From assembly GCF_000400465.1 (NCBI RefSeq), contig NW_008806296.1, positions 60,001-92,000 of the forward strand: a stretch of 32,000 nt of DNA, in the 5' to 3' direction. Positions 31,101 through 32,000 of this stretch are shown here, one piece after another; the stretch's first letter is position 1, and each line of letters starts with the position of its first letter. Position numbers and translations under genes: made by a program. The notes under the pieces were generated by a model. That model was given only the letters and a program-made list of their open reading frames with translations. It did no database searches and was not told the DNA's origin. Origin of the DNA: Wallemia ichthyophaga EXF-994. Lineage: Eukaryota; Fungi; Basidiomycota.

Positions 31101-32000
31101 CCCAGTATAACACCTGGATGTTGAACAGATTTTGGTGATGGGTTTGCGAGTATGTCTTGTTGGCCATCGAGAGAGCCGCCTCTTAATCCATCTTTGGTGA
31201 GGCGCAAAGCAGGAACTTGGACGCACAAGTCTAGCTCCTGATTGATGTAGTCTTTGACTTCTGCCGACAGAACTCCGGCTCTGTCGAGCACCACCAAACC
31301 ACGAGGACGCGCGACTTGCAAGTAGATATTTTGACGAGAAGGAGGGTAGGCGGGGTCTGTTGAGTATCGAGGTTAGTTAATGTAAATGAAATGAAATATT
31401 ATCGCCTACCAATAACAGAGAAGGTAGCTCCAGCTTTGAGAACACCCATGACAGCAACGACCAAGTCAACACCTCTGTAGGCGTAAACCATAACGACCTC
31501 CTCTCTTTGTATACCACCATTCAAAAGATGGTGAGCGAGTATATTAGATGCGCCGTCGATTTCCTTATACGACCACGTTTGTTTGTTGCCTTGGTCAGTG
31601 CTCTCAACGATGCAAGTGCGAGTTGGATCGATATGAGCATTTTTTGAGAATATGTCGGTGATGGCACCCTTATAGCCACACCAGTCGAGGTCAGCGCGAG
31701 GATCAGGTAAAATACCAGCCTGAGACTCGGTGAAGAGAGGAAAAGAGCCAATGTTTGAAATGTTGGCAGTGTTATTCCTGAGGAGGTTGAATTGCATGAT
31801 AAGGCTCTTTATTCTCTGGTTTGAGAAGAGGAGTGCGTTGTAGACAACGGCGATAGATTTCTCAACCTGATCGTAGTAAACAGCCAAATCGGAAGCTAAT
31901 GCCGATTGAGTGCGCTCGTTGGGGGTGGTTGAGAGAGAGACTCTAAAGATGGTGCTATCGTTTGAATGGCTTGCCTTGAGAATCTCAGACCTAAGCTGAT
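28101..32000 (-). CDS. LYS2: L-2-aminoadipate reductase (A-T-R NRPS-like enzyme of lysine biosynthesis), 5' end beyond the window
   Basis: A-domain motifs TLSFTSGSTGIPKGV, YGTTE, YRTGDLGR and [38 protein letters not shown]; reductase VLTGATGFLG and GYGQSKWVAE. Introns 31358-31409, 29877-29922 and 28673-28718. The frame is open to 32000. Confidence 0.93.

Noticed and set aside
13048-32000. Genes split across several ORF-track entries (TSC1, CLA4, WD40, DSS1, RCM1, PBP1, LYS2, also JEN1) as possible frameshifted pseudogenes
   Set aside because: Every break coincides with a 43-55 nt GT-AG intron whose removal restores the frame and conserved motifs.
28101-32000. NRPS-like gene as a secondary-metabolite biosynthetic cluster
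   Set aside because: The A-T-R architecture and sequence match primary-metabolism LYS2, and the neighbours are housekeeping genes with no tailoring enzymes.

Overview
This is eukaryotic, not prokaryotic, DNA: an extremely gene-dense fungal chromosome segment. The proteins look basidiomycete-like, and the tiny intergenic gaps and ~43-66 nt GT-AG introns suggest a compact genome such as Wallemia (organism is inference). I manually spliced 17 protein-coding genes (30 introns): acidic/basic C2H2 zinc-finger protein (-), DHR2-like DEAH helicase (+), Ca3427/THI5-like solute-binding-fold protein (-), ERG27 (-), TFIIA gamma TOA2 (+), DPM2 (-, absent from the ORF track), IKS1 kinase (-), EF-hand-like unknown (+), JEN1-like carboxylate MFS transporter (-), mitoribosomal mL44 (-), TSC1/hamartin (-), mitoribosomal mL57 (-), CLA4-type PAK kinase (-), WDR44-like WD40 protein (-), DSS1/CYT-4 mitochondrial RNase II (+), RCM1/NSUN5 (-) and PBP1/ataxin-2 (-). 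An 18th gene, LYS2 (-), is 5'-truncated by the window edge. I found no support for rRNA, tRNA, CRISPR or mobile elements. The gene content is housekeeping; the unusual part is the architecture. (i) The mL57 stop and TSC1 start are in frame and 3 nt apart (TAA CCC ATG), with an AATAAA inside the first TSC1 codons. (ii) The two RNase III-fold mitoribosomal genes flank TSC1. (iii) The IKS1 and EF-hand gene ATGs are 18 nt apart head-to-head. (iv) The IKS1 stop is 29 nt from the DPM2 start. (v) A candidate DSS1 terminal intron would leave the protein unchanged whether spliced or retained. (vi) The JEN1 homologue lacks the conserved Asn of the TM7 motif. All gene models are by-eye splicing and need RNA-seq confirmation.
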